Positions 1 to 10,778 of a stretch of DNA of 64,000 nucleotides are shown one piece after another. The DNA lies in contig NW_027191458.1 in the NCBI RefSeq assembly GCF_011745625.1, forward strand, positions 558,001 to 622,000. The letters are read 5' to 3'. The position numbers were made by a program, and so were the translations under genes. Position 1 is the stretch's first letter. Each line of letters starts with the position of its first letter. Origin of the DNA: Cladosporium halotolerans (Eukaryota). The notes under the pieces were generated by a model. That model saw nothing but the letters and a program-made list of their open reading frames with translations. It was not told where the DNA came from and searched no databases.

Positions 1-127
1 TAAGGGCAGGCGGGATGGATTTTAGCAGCGCATGCGTCCCAGGTTCTCGGTAAAGTATGAGGCCATCCACCGTCCAGTCGGCACTGCGCGCGAGTCCGGT
101 GGCGCTGCTGGCCTGCGCTGGCGGGAG

Positions 128-179
128 TTGGCGTGCTGTGCTGGTGCGGGCGTTGGCGTGCTGTGCTGGTGTGCGGGCT
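128..179. repeat. Tandem duplication of ~25 bp (gttggcgtgctgtgctggtg(tg)cgggc x2)
   Basis: Two near-identical adjacent copies read directly. Confidence 0.7.
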
Positions 180-1545
180 GCTGTCTGAGACACGCGCGGG
201 TTGACGTGCTGCCGTGTAGCGAGCGGGGGGGAGGGGGGGATGTGAGAGCGAGGAGGGGAGGATGGGCAGGCGTACTGTATGTGATGGTGATGCGTCAGGG
301 AAATACCAGGCCCCAAAGACGGCAACCCGACAGTCGACTCGCAGCGGTCCGTCAGCAGTAGTTCGCGGTTGGCGCGGTGCACACGCACGAGGACCTCGCA
401 GTGGCAGAGGCGGCGCTGGCAGCAGCTCCAACAGACGCCGTCGATCGCACGCAGGAATGCGGCGATGGCTGGCGTCGCCAGCTGCACGCAAGCGGGGCCC
501 GCGCCAGGGCGTGCACCGCCCACGATCGCCCTCCGGCTGCTCTGCCGCCCCACCACCAACCTGCCTGCCTCCATCACATCCTCCTAGGTACCTACCTACC
601 TGTAGGCTACCTGTAGGCTACCAACTCTCGCTACTCAGGAACAGCATCGCAGACCGCTCCCACAGCCACGCCAAGCCCTTGCCTCCGGTCGTGTCCAGGA
701 GCAACGGCAGAGCAACCAGGCACACGCGCACAGTACACGCACACGCGTGCAGCACCACAACGCACCCCACCCTTCACTTTCCACCGCATCCAAGCGAGCC
801 GTGAATCGCGAGATAAAATGAGCAACAGGCCGGGCCCCCTCCGTCCATCTATCAATCCACCCCTCCCTTCCCTTCCTCCCTTCCCTTCCTCCCTCCCTTC
901 CTCCCTCCCGCCCGCGTCGCACAACCAACATCACGATTACCCCGACGCAGCACAAACGCAACCTGTCATAACCCCAACCCCGGGACGCGCGCAGAGGCAG
1001 GTGTGGTGAGCATGGCAGCCCAGCGGGCCACAAGCGGCGCGCGCAACGCCCAGAACGCGGACTCGGTGCCAGCCCAGCCCGACTGCGGCTCGCCGAAAGG
1101 CGCCTCCACAGGCACTAGTAAGGTAGTAGTGGTGGTGGTAGTTTTGGGCGCAGAAGAGAGACCACCACACAGTTAGTTAGCACCAGTAGTCTCGCGAGCC
1201 CACCCACACCACACCACCGCCCGCTCCCAAGCCAGCGTGTGGTCGTCGCAGCACCACTCACTCACTATCCCATTAGCCAACCGCATCCGCCAACGCCAGC
1301 CAGCCAGCCCGGAGCTCCCCTCCCTCCTCCCCTCCCATAAGATACCTACCCAATCGCCTCGCCTCGCTCGCCTCGCCCTCGGCTGACCCGCCCGAGCACT
1401 ACTGTACACACTAGCCCCACCCACACCACCTACTGCACCCTTAGACCCAGATGCCCTGACAGCGCGCGCCCGGCCGCCCTTCCGAATAGCCCTACGCACG
1501 CACGCGAGCGCAGCAACCAACCTAGGCAACCCGAGCTCGAGGTCG

Positions 1546-1572
<27 letters not shown>
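1546..1572. repeat. (TGC)9 microsatellite, intergenic
   Basis: Perfect trinucleotide run. Confidence 0.9.
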
Positions 1573-1578
<6 letters not shown>

Positions 1579-2924
1579 CTACTTACTGTCCACCGAAACC
1601 CGGCGTCCACGCCCTCGGAGACCGTGACATTTCGCGCGCTGCGCTGTGCCTGCGTTCGGGCCCGGGGCCGGGCGGGGGGGGGGGGGGTGGTGTGGCTTGG
1701 GTGTGGGTGTGGGTGTTGCTGATGGGCTTTTTTTCTCGAGAGCCCGCCTGAGGTGTGCGCGAGTCTGTGCGGGAGGGGCAGGGAGGGTGTGGTTTGGTTT
1801 TGCGGTAGCGAGGATGGGCGGGGGGGCTTGGTTAATTATATGCTAGGTGGCCAGGTAGCCACAGTATTACAGGCAGGTAGGGGCGTAAGGCCGGTAGCGT
1901 GGTGTTTCGATGAGATGCAGGCGAGATGAGAGGGTGCATGGGGGAGGATGTGGGTTTGAACTTTGCTAAATGGAGGGTGCGCAGGGACGATGCGCGATGC
2001 TGAGTGTTTGGGGTGTGAGATGTGTGAGGTACCTGAAGGTGCTGCCGGGGTCTTGGGTAGTTGATGCGTGCTGATCGCGCGATCGTGGTGGCACGGTGCC
2101 TGGTGCGATGCACAGGTTGTTAGAGTACATGCGGGACTGAGGAGTATTACAGTGATGTCGCTGTTTTGGGTGCTTGATGCAGGATTGACGTATATCAATA
2201 TTGATTTCAGTGTTTGTCTGTCCTACTGTATTCTTTGATACTCTTGGACTTTACTTGTCTTGGGAAGCCTTGAGCCAGTATAGTCCAAAGTGGATGTTGT
2301 GTTCTCAGGGAATCCATCGACGAGCGAGAGTTCCCGCCGTCGGCCGACGGGACTTACTGGACTCACCTTTCAACGCGTGTAAATATCACCCTCTAGCAAG
2401 AATAGTCGTACAGAAGCTCAATCGTTCATCAATTGACAGCACGCTGGGAGATGTCGAGGTGCATGAAGAAAGCCATTGCCCCAACCCTAACCCTAACAAC
2501 ACAGAATGAACCGCAGGGCCCGGCTGCGTCTAACTGATGTCCAACACACGCAACCAAGAGTGACTGATCCGATCGAACTAGATCCAGACAATGTACCGTT
2601 CACCAATGAGCATCCCTCAATACTGACACAGACTGCGAAACTCACGTCGCATCACCTCACGTCGATGTTCTAGAACGGCACAAATCGAGGCTCTCAATCA
2701 GGCAGCCCCACCCCCAGTCGCTCAGCTCCACTCGTTATCAGCAACGATTGGCCCGACCACAGCTTTGCTGACACCTCCGCCTACGTCTTCACTGACCCAG
2801 CTATCGCGCTCTTAAAGCCAGCTGTCTCGCGCCGCGACACCTTTACAGCCCACACCAGAACACGCCGCAACATTTCTCAACGTGCCTCACACTTTCTCTG
2901 GCTACCTCAGCCCACCCACCAAAA

Positions 2925-3659
2925 ATGGCCCTCCGCGGCGTCGCGCCCTTCGCGACCTTCCTCATCGTCGGCCGTTCGTCCTCCCCCAAACCACCACTCC
3001 CGCTTCCAAGTCCCCGACTAACCCTCCTCCCAGCAACCTGCTTCTTCCTCGGCATCCTCTTCGCCATGTTCCCCTACGACTACAACGTCCTCTGGTCGAC
3101 ACCCCCCCTCTCGCCCCTCGCGGACCCCGCCTCCAGCCCGCGCGCGCCCTTCTTCGACCTGCAAGAAGCGCACCTCAAGTTCCTGCACGCGTCGCCGGCC
3201 CTGATCTCGCGCGTCCTGCACATCGTCATCGGCACCGGCCTGCTGGGCTTCATCATGAAGCTGTACAAGCCGTCCGAGGCCAACATGCTGTTCGACGGCG
3301 CCAGCCTGGCGCTGTACATGTGCGGCGTGGCGGTCTACGCGGCGAACATCGTCAAGGGGCTGCGGACTGTGACGGCCGGCGCGTACGGGGGCAAGGTGCT
3401 GCAGGAGGGCGAGACGCTGGTTGCGAAGGCGATGGAGGGCGAGGAGGGGGGGTTTATTGGCCGCGAGGATAGTTTGAGGGTCATGGCGGCGAGTAATACG
3501 ATTCTTGCGCTGGTGTTGGTTGGTGTGCTGGTGCTGCAGGCGGGGCAGTGGTATGCGCAGCGGAAGGAGGAGGAGGAGATCGAGGCGATGGATCGGGCGA
3601 GGGACGAGAAGAAGAGGGGGAAGGAGGGGAAGGAGGGCGGGGGGAAGAAGAAGCAGTAG
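2925..3659 (+). CDS. SHR3: ER membrane chaperone for amino-acid permeases (Shr3 family); intron 2974-3033
   Basis: Spliced N-terminus IVGPTCFFLGILF, motif KLYKPSEANMLFDGASL, four hydrophobic segments, VLVLQAGQWYA and a charged tail. Intron GTTCGT...CTAAC...CAG. Confidence 0.9.
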   Translation: MALRGVAPFATFLIVGRSSSPKPPLPLPSPRLTLLPATCFFLGILFAMFPYDYNVLWSTPPLSPLADPASSPRAPFFDLQEAHLKFLHASPALISRVLHIVIGTGLLGFIMKLYKPSEANMLFDGASLALYMCGVAVYAANIVKGLRTVTAGAYGGKVLQEGETLVAKAMEGEEGGFIGREDSLRVMAASNTILALVLVGVLVLQAGQWYAQRKEEEEIEAMDRARDEKKRGKEGKEGGGKKKQ

Positions 3660-3942
3660 GGGGTTTGGAGGAGGCGGTAATGGGCGGCGTAGTGTGGGGG
3701 GAGGATGGGGGGAGTGTAGAAAATGTTTGTATTAGATAGCCTTCATAGCGGTGGTCAAAACAGGAAAATCACACTCCAATCACTCCATGTGCTGAAGACC
3801 AAATCTCCCACGAGAACGACAAAACCAAGCCAATCCTCTCAACCTGCTTGATTAGTAACCGGCAAAAACTCCAAACACTCCATGTGCTGTGGTCCAAGTA
3901 ACCCACGAGGACGAACGAACGAACCAAATCCTCCCAACCCAC

Positions 3943-4716
3943 CTAATTCGTAATAGTCACACACTCCCACCCACCCCCTCCCAACTCCCCCAACCGCACA
4001 ACCCTCTCAAAAACCCACTCCCCCACATCCTTCCTCGCAACCGTCCACCCCAGCGCCGGCTTCCTCTCGCTCCCGAACCGCACCTTCTCCCACCCGATCC
4101 CCGCCCCACTCGTCAGCAGCGTCGCCTTCACATCCACGACGCCCCGCACCCTCTTCTCCCCACTCTCACTCACCTCCTTCCGCAGCTCCGTCTCCATCAC
4201 CGCCTTGTCCGCGTGCGGCGCGTGCAGCAACCATTTGTACAGCGGGAGATAGAGCAGCGGGACGTCGCGCGGGCAGCCGGGGGAAGGAATGCCCGTCGTC
4301 GAGACGACGATGAGGAGGGGCTTTTTCTTGCTCCCTTCCGTGGAGGCCGAGACGGCGGCGAGGATCGCGCGCGTCGCGTCCGTGCAGATGCTCGCGTCGT
4401 GCATTGCGATGGGCGCGAGCGGGTTGGGCGACAGGTAGATGGACGTGGCGCCCATGCCGCTGATGATGGTGTCGGGCGTGGGCGTGAGAGTCTGCTGCAC
4501 GGCGGAGGGGTCGCGGATGTCGCCTTGTGTTATGGTTAGGAGCCGGGATTGGGTTGCCGCGTCGATGCCCTTTGAGGCGAGCGAGTCTTGCAGTTTGCTG
4601 GCGTTGCGGGCGAGGGCGGTGCACGGGTGGTTGGCGCGCAGGGCGGCGGCGAGGGCGTGCCCGGCTGTATCGCCGGTCGCGCCGAAGAAGGCGAGTCTTT
4701 TGGGGGTGGTGGACAT
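3943..4716 (-). CDS. NAD(P)-binding Rossmann-fold oxidoreductase (atypical SDR / flavin-reductase-like)
   Basis: N-terminal FFGATGDTA, ALARNASKL, TQGDIRD and late VARKDVGEWV motifs; intronless 257 aa ORF. Confidence 0.85.
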   Translation of the reverse strand: MSTTPKRLAFFGATGDTAGHALAAALRANHPCTALARNASKLQDSLASKGIDAATQSRLLTITQGDIRDPSAVQQTLTPTPDTIISGMGATSIYLSPNPLAPIAMHDASICTDATRAILAAVSASTEGSKKKPLLIVVSTTGIPSPGCPRDVPLLYLPLYKWLLHAPHADKAVMETELRKEVSESGEKRVRGVVDVKATLLTSGAGIGWEKVRFGSERKPALGWTVARKDVGEWVFERVVRLGELGGGGWECVTITN

Positions 4717-5230
4717 TGTAGTTGGAGGCGCGTTGGGTCGGTGTGTGTGGGTAGATAAGGTGGTCTGGTCTGTTTCTGGGGAATGAAATGTGGTTTGGAG
4801 TGAGCAGAGAATGGTGCTGTGAGCTGTGGTACGATCGAGATGGACAGGAACGATGAGAATACTTATACTACTTGGTTGCCTACAAGTCGGGCTGTGTCGG
4901 CGGACACGCCACCGGCTCGCGACAATCTGAGAGAGAGATCAATGTTGGGAGACGTGTAGTTTTTTGCATAGCTCGTGATAGGGTTATGGTAATGCTCAAG
5001 TATGCAAACTCAGCTGAGGTTTGCGGGGTTGCACAAACATCAAGCTGAATAATCGCTCCGACACGCCGGCGTTTCGCGAATGCGAGCTCTCGCGCAATTG
5101 GACGCGGGTCGGTCAGATTGGTAGGGTGGCTGTTTTGTGGATGTTTGGCGCATTGAAATGGCTTGCACAGCAAGTGGGAAGACGTTGGTCGTAGCAGGAA
5201 TATCTTCGGAGTCATATCGCGCATCGCCGT

Positions 5231-5699
5231 TCATGAGTCGCCTTCGGGCATGCCACCAGGGATCAACTGCGGTCAAAGTCAGCAAGAGTAGTCTAGCCTC
5301 AGCGTTAATGTAACTTGCCATGCAAATGTTGTTGCCGTTGAGCAGAATCTTGGGGAGATTTGATGTCGCGCCGGTGTAGTCGCTGTGTTGCAAGTCAGGT
5401 TTGGTTTGTAGGCTTCAGTTCAGCGAAGGCGTGGCGTACTATTCCGTGACATCTTCCAGCACCATGTCTGATGGATTGTTAGCACTACATTCGCAAGCAT
5501 GGGAGAGCCTTGGTTGTCACATACTGACAAAATCGTCGAAACCGAGCAGGGTGCCACTGAACTCTGCGCCTTGATGTTAGCCTCGTTCCCATCCCTTCAC
5601 TTCCAGTCAATTCGCACCCTTATCACCCTTCATGATGACACGCATCCGCGAGCCGATGCATCGATCGATCAGCTCCAGCGGCATCAACTGAGACGCCAT
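5231..5699 (-). CDS. LSM5: U6 snRNA-associated Sm-like protein LSm5; 5 exons, last intron (5267-5318) is GC-AG
   Basis: Spliced product [82 protein letters not shown] has the Sm1/Sm2 motifs of Lsm5; all four introns have branch sites and CAG acceptors. Confidence 0.93.
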
Positions 5700-5987
5700 C
5701 TTGTTCGATTGCTTGCTGTTGTACTGATGTTCCGTGCCCGCGATTCTACGAGTCGCCTCGACGCTCCAAGGCTCGCTTGACTCTGGACGGCGGCTCAATT
5801 CCGCGGCTGCTTCGGCGCCAGCCGCTGCTTTACCACCTAGGGCCGAACTCTATCCTCGGGAACTTGGGGCAATTGTCGTCAATCACTCCCAAAAGTTGCC
5901 ATTGCTTCGAGCGGCGTTTTGTTTTCTGCTCTCGTTCTCTCTACATCCATCGCTGCTCTCAGCAGCATCACGCCGAAGCTGTGAGGC

Positions 5988-8900
5988 ATGTCATACCTGC
6001 GCCCAACATGCAGCGACGCAGTAGCACGAGCCACGAACCTTAGCATCGCTAGATATATTCCCACTTTCCGCCAAAGTGACGCGCAAAGCGAGAATGCAAC
6101 CCCAACAGAGCAGGATGTCGCCCGCGAGGAGCTCCACGAAGGCGAGCGCTTGCCATCACGACGCCCTCTTGACCGCCGATGGGACGAGTCTCGCGGGCTT
6201 GTCTTCAGTCGGAAGGAAACACCCGCGAGAAATTACACTTGGACTTCGAAGCGCGGCATTGCCTTCGCGGGGAGCTTAGACCAGCGCAGAGGCTATGCAA
6301 TGCGACCGACGCGTTCGCCCATTCCTCCGAGATCTCAAGAGCACAAGGACACGCAACATCCTGCTTCGACTCCCAGCCCGACCTTTGGCGCTGGGCTGCC
6401 GTCGCTTGAACGACCAATGGCTCCCTCGCCTGCTGCGTTGGCTAGGGGTACCAAGCAAGAGCAGATGGAGAAAGAACTGTCAAGTCGGAAATCAAGGATC
6501 GATCAATTGGAAGGGGAGATCAAATACCTTGAAGATGGATACCGAGAGTTGGAAAAGCGACTCGAAGGTGACAAGACGACGTTGAGGGCGGAAATGCAAC
6601 AAGCAAATGCTGAATACGAGGCGCAGCTCAAACAGATCAGAAGCGAGGTCGAAGCGCAAATGAAAGAGGCTCAGCAATTTTTGGAAGCCAGCAAAACATG
6701 GGCGTTCAAAGAAGGCAGACAGGCTGGCGAGGAAGAAACACAGCGTACCTTGCAGGCCAGGATGCGCGATCTAGAGGCCCAGCATATGGAGATGTCTAGT
6801 GCGGTTGAGAAGGCCATTCAGGAACGGCCAAACATGCGGAAAGAACTCGAGCAAGAAGTGTTGGAACGAGAAAACAAGCTCGATAATAGGCTGGCATCAA
6901 TCAGAAGTCTTATTCAAGCTTTGAAAAGGGAAGCGTTGGCCGAGGTCGAACGCGCGCGCAAAGATTTCGACGCGGATGCGGAAAGTCGCTACCGCGACTT
7001 GAACAGCGTGAGCGTTGAAGTGAGAAGGCAAGAAAGCGATGCTCAACGAAGAATTAACGAAAGGATGAAGGAGCTCGAACTCTTGGGAGAGCGCAAGGTG
7101 CACCGATCAGACTACGTCGCTTACAGAAACCTGTTCAGTCATGTTCACGACGAAGGTTTCGCTTTCGACAAGGAGTTGAGAGAAGTGCAAATCCTGCTGG
7201 AGCAGAAGAGTTTCGCCGAGGAGAAGACTGATCAAGTGTCTGAGCCAGCGTCTGGCGACAAAGGATTGTTGGACTCTTCGAAAACGCGGGCTCTTGGCTT
7301 GAAGCGTCTCGCGAGCCAGGTCAAAGAGTTTCGCAAACACCTTTCGGCAACAGATTCGCGCCTGAAGAATGAAGCGCACATGTCTCGCCTTCAGACGTAC
7401 CAAACTCGATACACCGACATTCAATCTGCTGGTGTAGTGTTGGGCGCAGCTCTTTTCCCTGCAAGCATAAATGCTTTGAAAAGTGTCAAGGATCGCACCC
7501 TTGCACAGTATTCTGAAATCAGCCGGCAGATGGAAGTTGCTAGCAATAACACATTGCGCGAAGAATTGGCAAAACAGAGAACAGCCCTTTCTGCCGAATA
7601 TGGAGCGATAAGGAGCTCAATGAACCTCGCGTACTTGGACCGCAAAATTCAGATATACGAGACGCTGAAGCTTGAAGACTTTGCTCACAAAGCCGTATTC
7701 ATGGGCACCATTGATTTAAGGGAGGAATTCGAAAATCTACTCAACGAGCGGGATGAAGGAACGAGCTCCAAAAGCTCGAAGCCACCAGGCTTCAGGCTTG
7801 CCAATAGATTCAATCGGGAAATGGTTCGAGGTTTCCGCGTCGGACTCGAAAAGCTCGAAGCAGATATCAGAAAGAGGGCGTTCATTCAGCAGCTTCTCAA
7901 TCAACACGGGGCTGAAGAAGAGAAGCTGGATAAGGTCATTGACGAAAGGAAAGAAGACGCTCTGGAAGAGCTGGATTCGGAGAGGACGAAGCTTCTCGGG
8001 CTGCAGAAGTCAGTGCGATCTGCCGCCAAAACAATGAAGTCTCGACGTCTCCCATCAGCTCCAGATCCCAGACCGAAGGAGAATAGGATGAAGCCACTGC
8101 CTGCACAGAATGAAACCCTTACGCCGTTGGAAGAGAAGCGTTTGGAGGGTATTCGTGAGCGGTCGGCACAGCTGGATAGCATGCTGTCGGACAAGAACAA
8201 GCTCGACGATGACACTAGAGCCAGGTACAAACGCGAGAGGGCGATGCTCAGTTTGGACTGGCAAGAGCTGAACATACGCCGTGCGGCTTCAAAATTACGC
8301 GCGTGTAGAGGTGCAAAGCAACGGGCGAGATATCAAGGCCAGATTAGGAGAAGCACAGCGATCAGAAGAGAGATTCAGCAGAGACTGGGCAACCTTTCTC
8401 GACACACCTCAACTAGCAAGCCATCAGCAGGAGCCCGCCAAACGCTTGATCGCACCAACAGAGACGACTCGATGGAATCTTCGCCGAATGCCCCCAGTGA
8501 GGAAATCCGTGCCGGAAGCACGCAAAAGGAAGAGAAGACCAGGGATGCTTTTGGTTCAGTTTCGGCGCAGGATGGGAGAATGAGCCCGCCAAAGGAGGCA
8601 ACAGACACCGAGACTCAGCCCGGCGGTGCCGCGCGAATATTGGTCGACATGGTTTCCCCATCCGAAGCATCTGAGAGCGCGAAGCAGCCGCAGTCCACAG
8701 TCGATACGCAGTCATCGTCGAGGAGCGAGACGAGAAATCCAGGCTTTAGGCGTTTGAATTTCACCTCGACGGCGCCCAAGCACGCACCTCAGGATTTCTA
8801 TGCGCGTTGGAATACGCAGGAAGGCCGCTCTTGGGGTTCACCTTCGTTTCGAGAGGGCGAGGCCCCCACAGACCCGGCTGACGTTTGGTCGTCTTTCTCC

Positions 8901-10604
8901 TCATCAGCGGAGCATGATATCCTGAGTAAGCAAGAATCCGCTCCTGGTTCGGGTGAACAGGGCGATGGCCTGACCGGCGCAACTGATCCTAACGGGGTGA
9001 ATCCTCAGTTATCATCTGATCGCACCGTCAATGATGGTGCATGTGATGCTAGCACTGATGCAATGAGCGGCACCTTTACTGACGATAACGCCAAGAATTC
9101 AATGCAGGCGCCCGCATCTTCTATTTCCCCGGGAACAACAAACGTTTCGACTTCTTCCAACAACGTCGTTGCAGACATGGTTCCAGAGCCGGATGAGGAA
9201 ATCGCCCTCCTCTATGACATGCCTGCTAGTGTCAAAAGGGCTGCTTTCATGGCCTCGAGGAATTCGACCTCCCAATTCTGGAAATACAACATGTACCGTA
9301 ATGCCGCCGGGGAAGCTCCGACGCGACATTACTGCACGACATACGAACAAACAGAAGCTCAAATTGCGAAGTTCCTCGACGAAAAGGTCGTAGGCTTCGA
9401 TCTGGAGTGGGAGAAGAGTTCGAGGCCGGGCGTCGACAGCCCGAAACGCTGCGTGTCTCTGATGCAGATCGCAGCCGAAGGCAAAGTTGCTCTTTTCCAC
9501 CTCGCTGTGTTCCGTGGTGGCGATTCAGCCGAAGACCTTCTACCACCGGCTCTGCGCGCGTTCCTTGAAGACCCAAGCATCCTCAAGGTTGGTGTCAACA
9601 TCGGCGGTGACGCGACAAGGATGAAGAATTGCTTCGGCGTCGAGATGAGAGGCAACATCGAGCTCAGCCACTTGTTTCGTCTGGTCAAGTACGGCGAGAA
9701 AAGCCCTGGCAAGGTTAACAGGACGCTCGTCGCGCTGGCGGAACAGGTCAAGGAGGTCCTTCACCTGCCGCTCTCGAAGGGCAGCGTCCGCACCAGCTCG
9801 TGGTCCAAGCGCCTAGATAATGAGCAAATCGACTACGCCGTGTCTGACGCCTACGCTGGTCTTCGCCTATTCCACGAGCTGGAGAAGTCGAGGAGGGCCA
9901 TGCCCTCGAAACCTCCCAGACCCGCGTTCCAAGAACTGCGTTTGCCCATCACTCTAGGCGCGGGCATCGTCGTGCCACCAAAAGCGAAAAAGACAAAGGT
10001 CGTCCCCGAACCAGAAGAAGACCCAGCCGAAGAGCCCGAGCCCACCGCCGCCCTCGAAGAAGAACCCGACAGCGAAGAAGACTACTACGATGCCCCCGAA
10101 GACCCCTCCCTCGACTCCCAGTCCGCCGCAGCAGGCGACCCCCTGCCCGAAATCACCTACCCGACCCTCCCCACTCTCGCCTCCTCCGACTCCTCCGACC
10201 TCGACTCCGACTACAGCCTGCCCTCCGACCCCCTCGAGCCGCCGCCCTCCCACCCCCGCACAACACCCGCCCTCCCCACGCCCGAAGCCCTCGCGGCCCA
10301 AACCTGGGCCACGACCTGGCAGGCGCAGCTGCCCGCGGCCTACAACCTGCAAGTCTCGCAGCCGCACCTGCGCGCCTACCACGTCTGGCACCACCAGGGG
10401 TTTGCGCTGCAGGAGACCGCGGCGCTGCTGCGCCGGGAGCCGCCGCTGGCGCTGTCGACGGTCGTGAGCTACATTGCGGAGGTGCTGCAGAAGGAGGATC
10501 TGGAGTTCGAGCCGGCGAGGGCGCGCGAGGTGCTGGGGAGGTTGCCGGTTAGTGTTCGGGGGCGGTATGCGAGGTTGTATGCGAAGGTGCAGAGGGCGAC
10601 GTGA
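5988..10604 (+). CDS. Large protein: N-terminal coiled coil, disordered linker, WRN/EXD2-type DEDDy 3'-5' exonuclease, short C-terminal helical domain
   Basis: 1538 aa ORF; ExoI VGFDLEW, ExoII GVNIGGDAT, ExoIII YAVSDAYA, plus the S-x-W-S-x-x-L (SSWSKRL) motif of WRN-like exonucleases. Confidence 0.85.
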   Translation: MSYLRPTCSDAVARATNLSIARYIPTFRQSDAQSENATPTEQDVAREELHEGERLPSRRPLDRRWDESRGLVFSRKETPARNYTWTSKRGIAFAGSLDQRRGYAMRPTRSPIPPRSQEHKDTQHPASTPSPTFGAGLPSLERPMAPSPAALARGTKQEQMEKELSSRKSRIDQLEGEIKYLEDGYRELEKRLEGDKTTLRAEMQQANAEYEAQLKQIRSEVEAQMKEAQQFLEASKTWAFKEGRQAGEEETQRTLQARMRDLEAQHMEMSSAVEKAIQERPNMRKELEQEVLERENKLDNRLASIRSLIQALKREALAEVERARKDFDADAESRYRDLNSVSVEVRRQESDAQRRINERMKELELLGERKVHRSDYVAYRNLFSHVHDEGFAFDKELREVQILLEQKSFAEEKTDQVSEPASGDKGLLDSSKTRALGLKRLASQVKEFRKHLSATDSRLKNEAHMSRLQTYQTRYTDIQSAGVVLGAALFPASINALKSVKDRTLAQYSEISRQMEVASNNTLREELAKQRTALSAEYGAIRSSMNLAYLDRKIQIYETLKLEDFAHKAVFMGTIDLREEFENLLNERDEGTSSKSSKPPGFRLANRFNREMVRGFRVGLEKLEADIRKRAFIQQLLNQHGAEEEKLDKVIDERKEDALEELDSERTKLLGLQKSVRSAAKTMKSRRLPSAPDPRPKENRMKPLPAQNETLTPLEEKRLEGIRERSAQLDSMLSDKNKLDDDTRARYKRERAMLSLDWQELNIRRAASKLRACRGAKQRARYQGQIRRSTAIRREIQQRLGNLSRHTSTSKPSAGARQTLDRTNRDDSMESSPNAPSEEIRAGSTQKEEKTRDAFGSVSAQDGRMSPPKEATDTETQPGGAARILVDMVSPSEASESAKQPQSTVDTQSSSRSETRNPGFRRLNFTSTAPKHAPQDFYARWNTQEGRSWGSPSFREGEAPTDPADVWSSFSSSAEHDILSKQESAPGSGEQGDGLTGATDPNGVNPQLSSDRTVNDGACDASTDAMSGTFTDDNAKNSMQAPASSISPGTTNVSTSSNNVVADMVPEPDEEIALLYDMPASVKRAAFMASRNSTSQFWKYNMYRNAAGEAPTRHYCTTYEQTEAQIAKFLDEKVVGFDLEWEKSSRPGVDSPKRCVSLMQIAAEGKVALFHLAVFRGGDSAEDLLPPALRAFLEDPSILKVGVNIGGDATRMKNCFGVEMRGNIELSHLFRLVKYGEKSPGKVNRTLVALAEQVKEVLHLPLSKGSVRTSSWSKRLDNEQIDYAVSDAYAGLRLFHELEKSRRAMPSKPPRPAFQELRLPITLGAGIVVPPKAKKTKVVPEPEEDPAEEPEPTAALEEEPDSEEDYYDAPEDPSLDSQSAAAGDPLPEITYPTLPTLASSDSSDLDSDYSLPSDPLEPPPSHPRTTPALPTPEALAAQTWATTWQAQLPAAYNLQVSQPHLRAYHVWHHQGFALQETAALLRREPPLALSTVVSYIAEVLQKEDLEFEPARAREVLGRLPVSVRGRYARLYAKVQRAT

Positions 10605-10778
10605 TGGTTGGGAGGCTTGGATCTAGGAATGATATGTGGTTTCGGCTTGCGAGGATAGAATGCATTGTATAATGTATAGCATATGTCTGCGCGCGTGGGG
10701 ACCTTGCCCGGTGGACGAATGAATCATGGACATATAACTAAATCGAAAACTTCTCTACTTCACCTTCTTGCTTCAAAT

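Noticed and set aside
588..621. Short repeat (ctacctgtagg)x2 as CRISPR-like or element end
   Set aside because: Only two abutting copies with no spacers in a eukaryotic context; simple slippage.
2483..2497. Telomerase RNA template (also 42186 and 55959)
   Set aside because: A protein gene begins within ~450 bp downstream of each box, too little room for a ~2 kb Pezizomycotina telomerase RNA, and no conserved domains were recognised.
1..2900. Many short overlapping ORFs, including poly-Q/poly-L frames
   Set aside because: Low complexity, microsatellite-derived, mostly non-ATG starts and no recognisable motifs.
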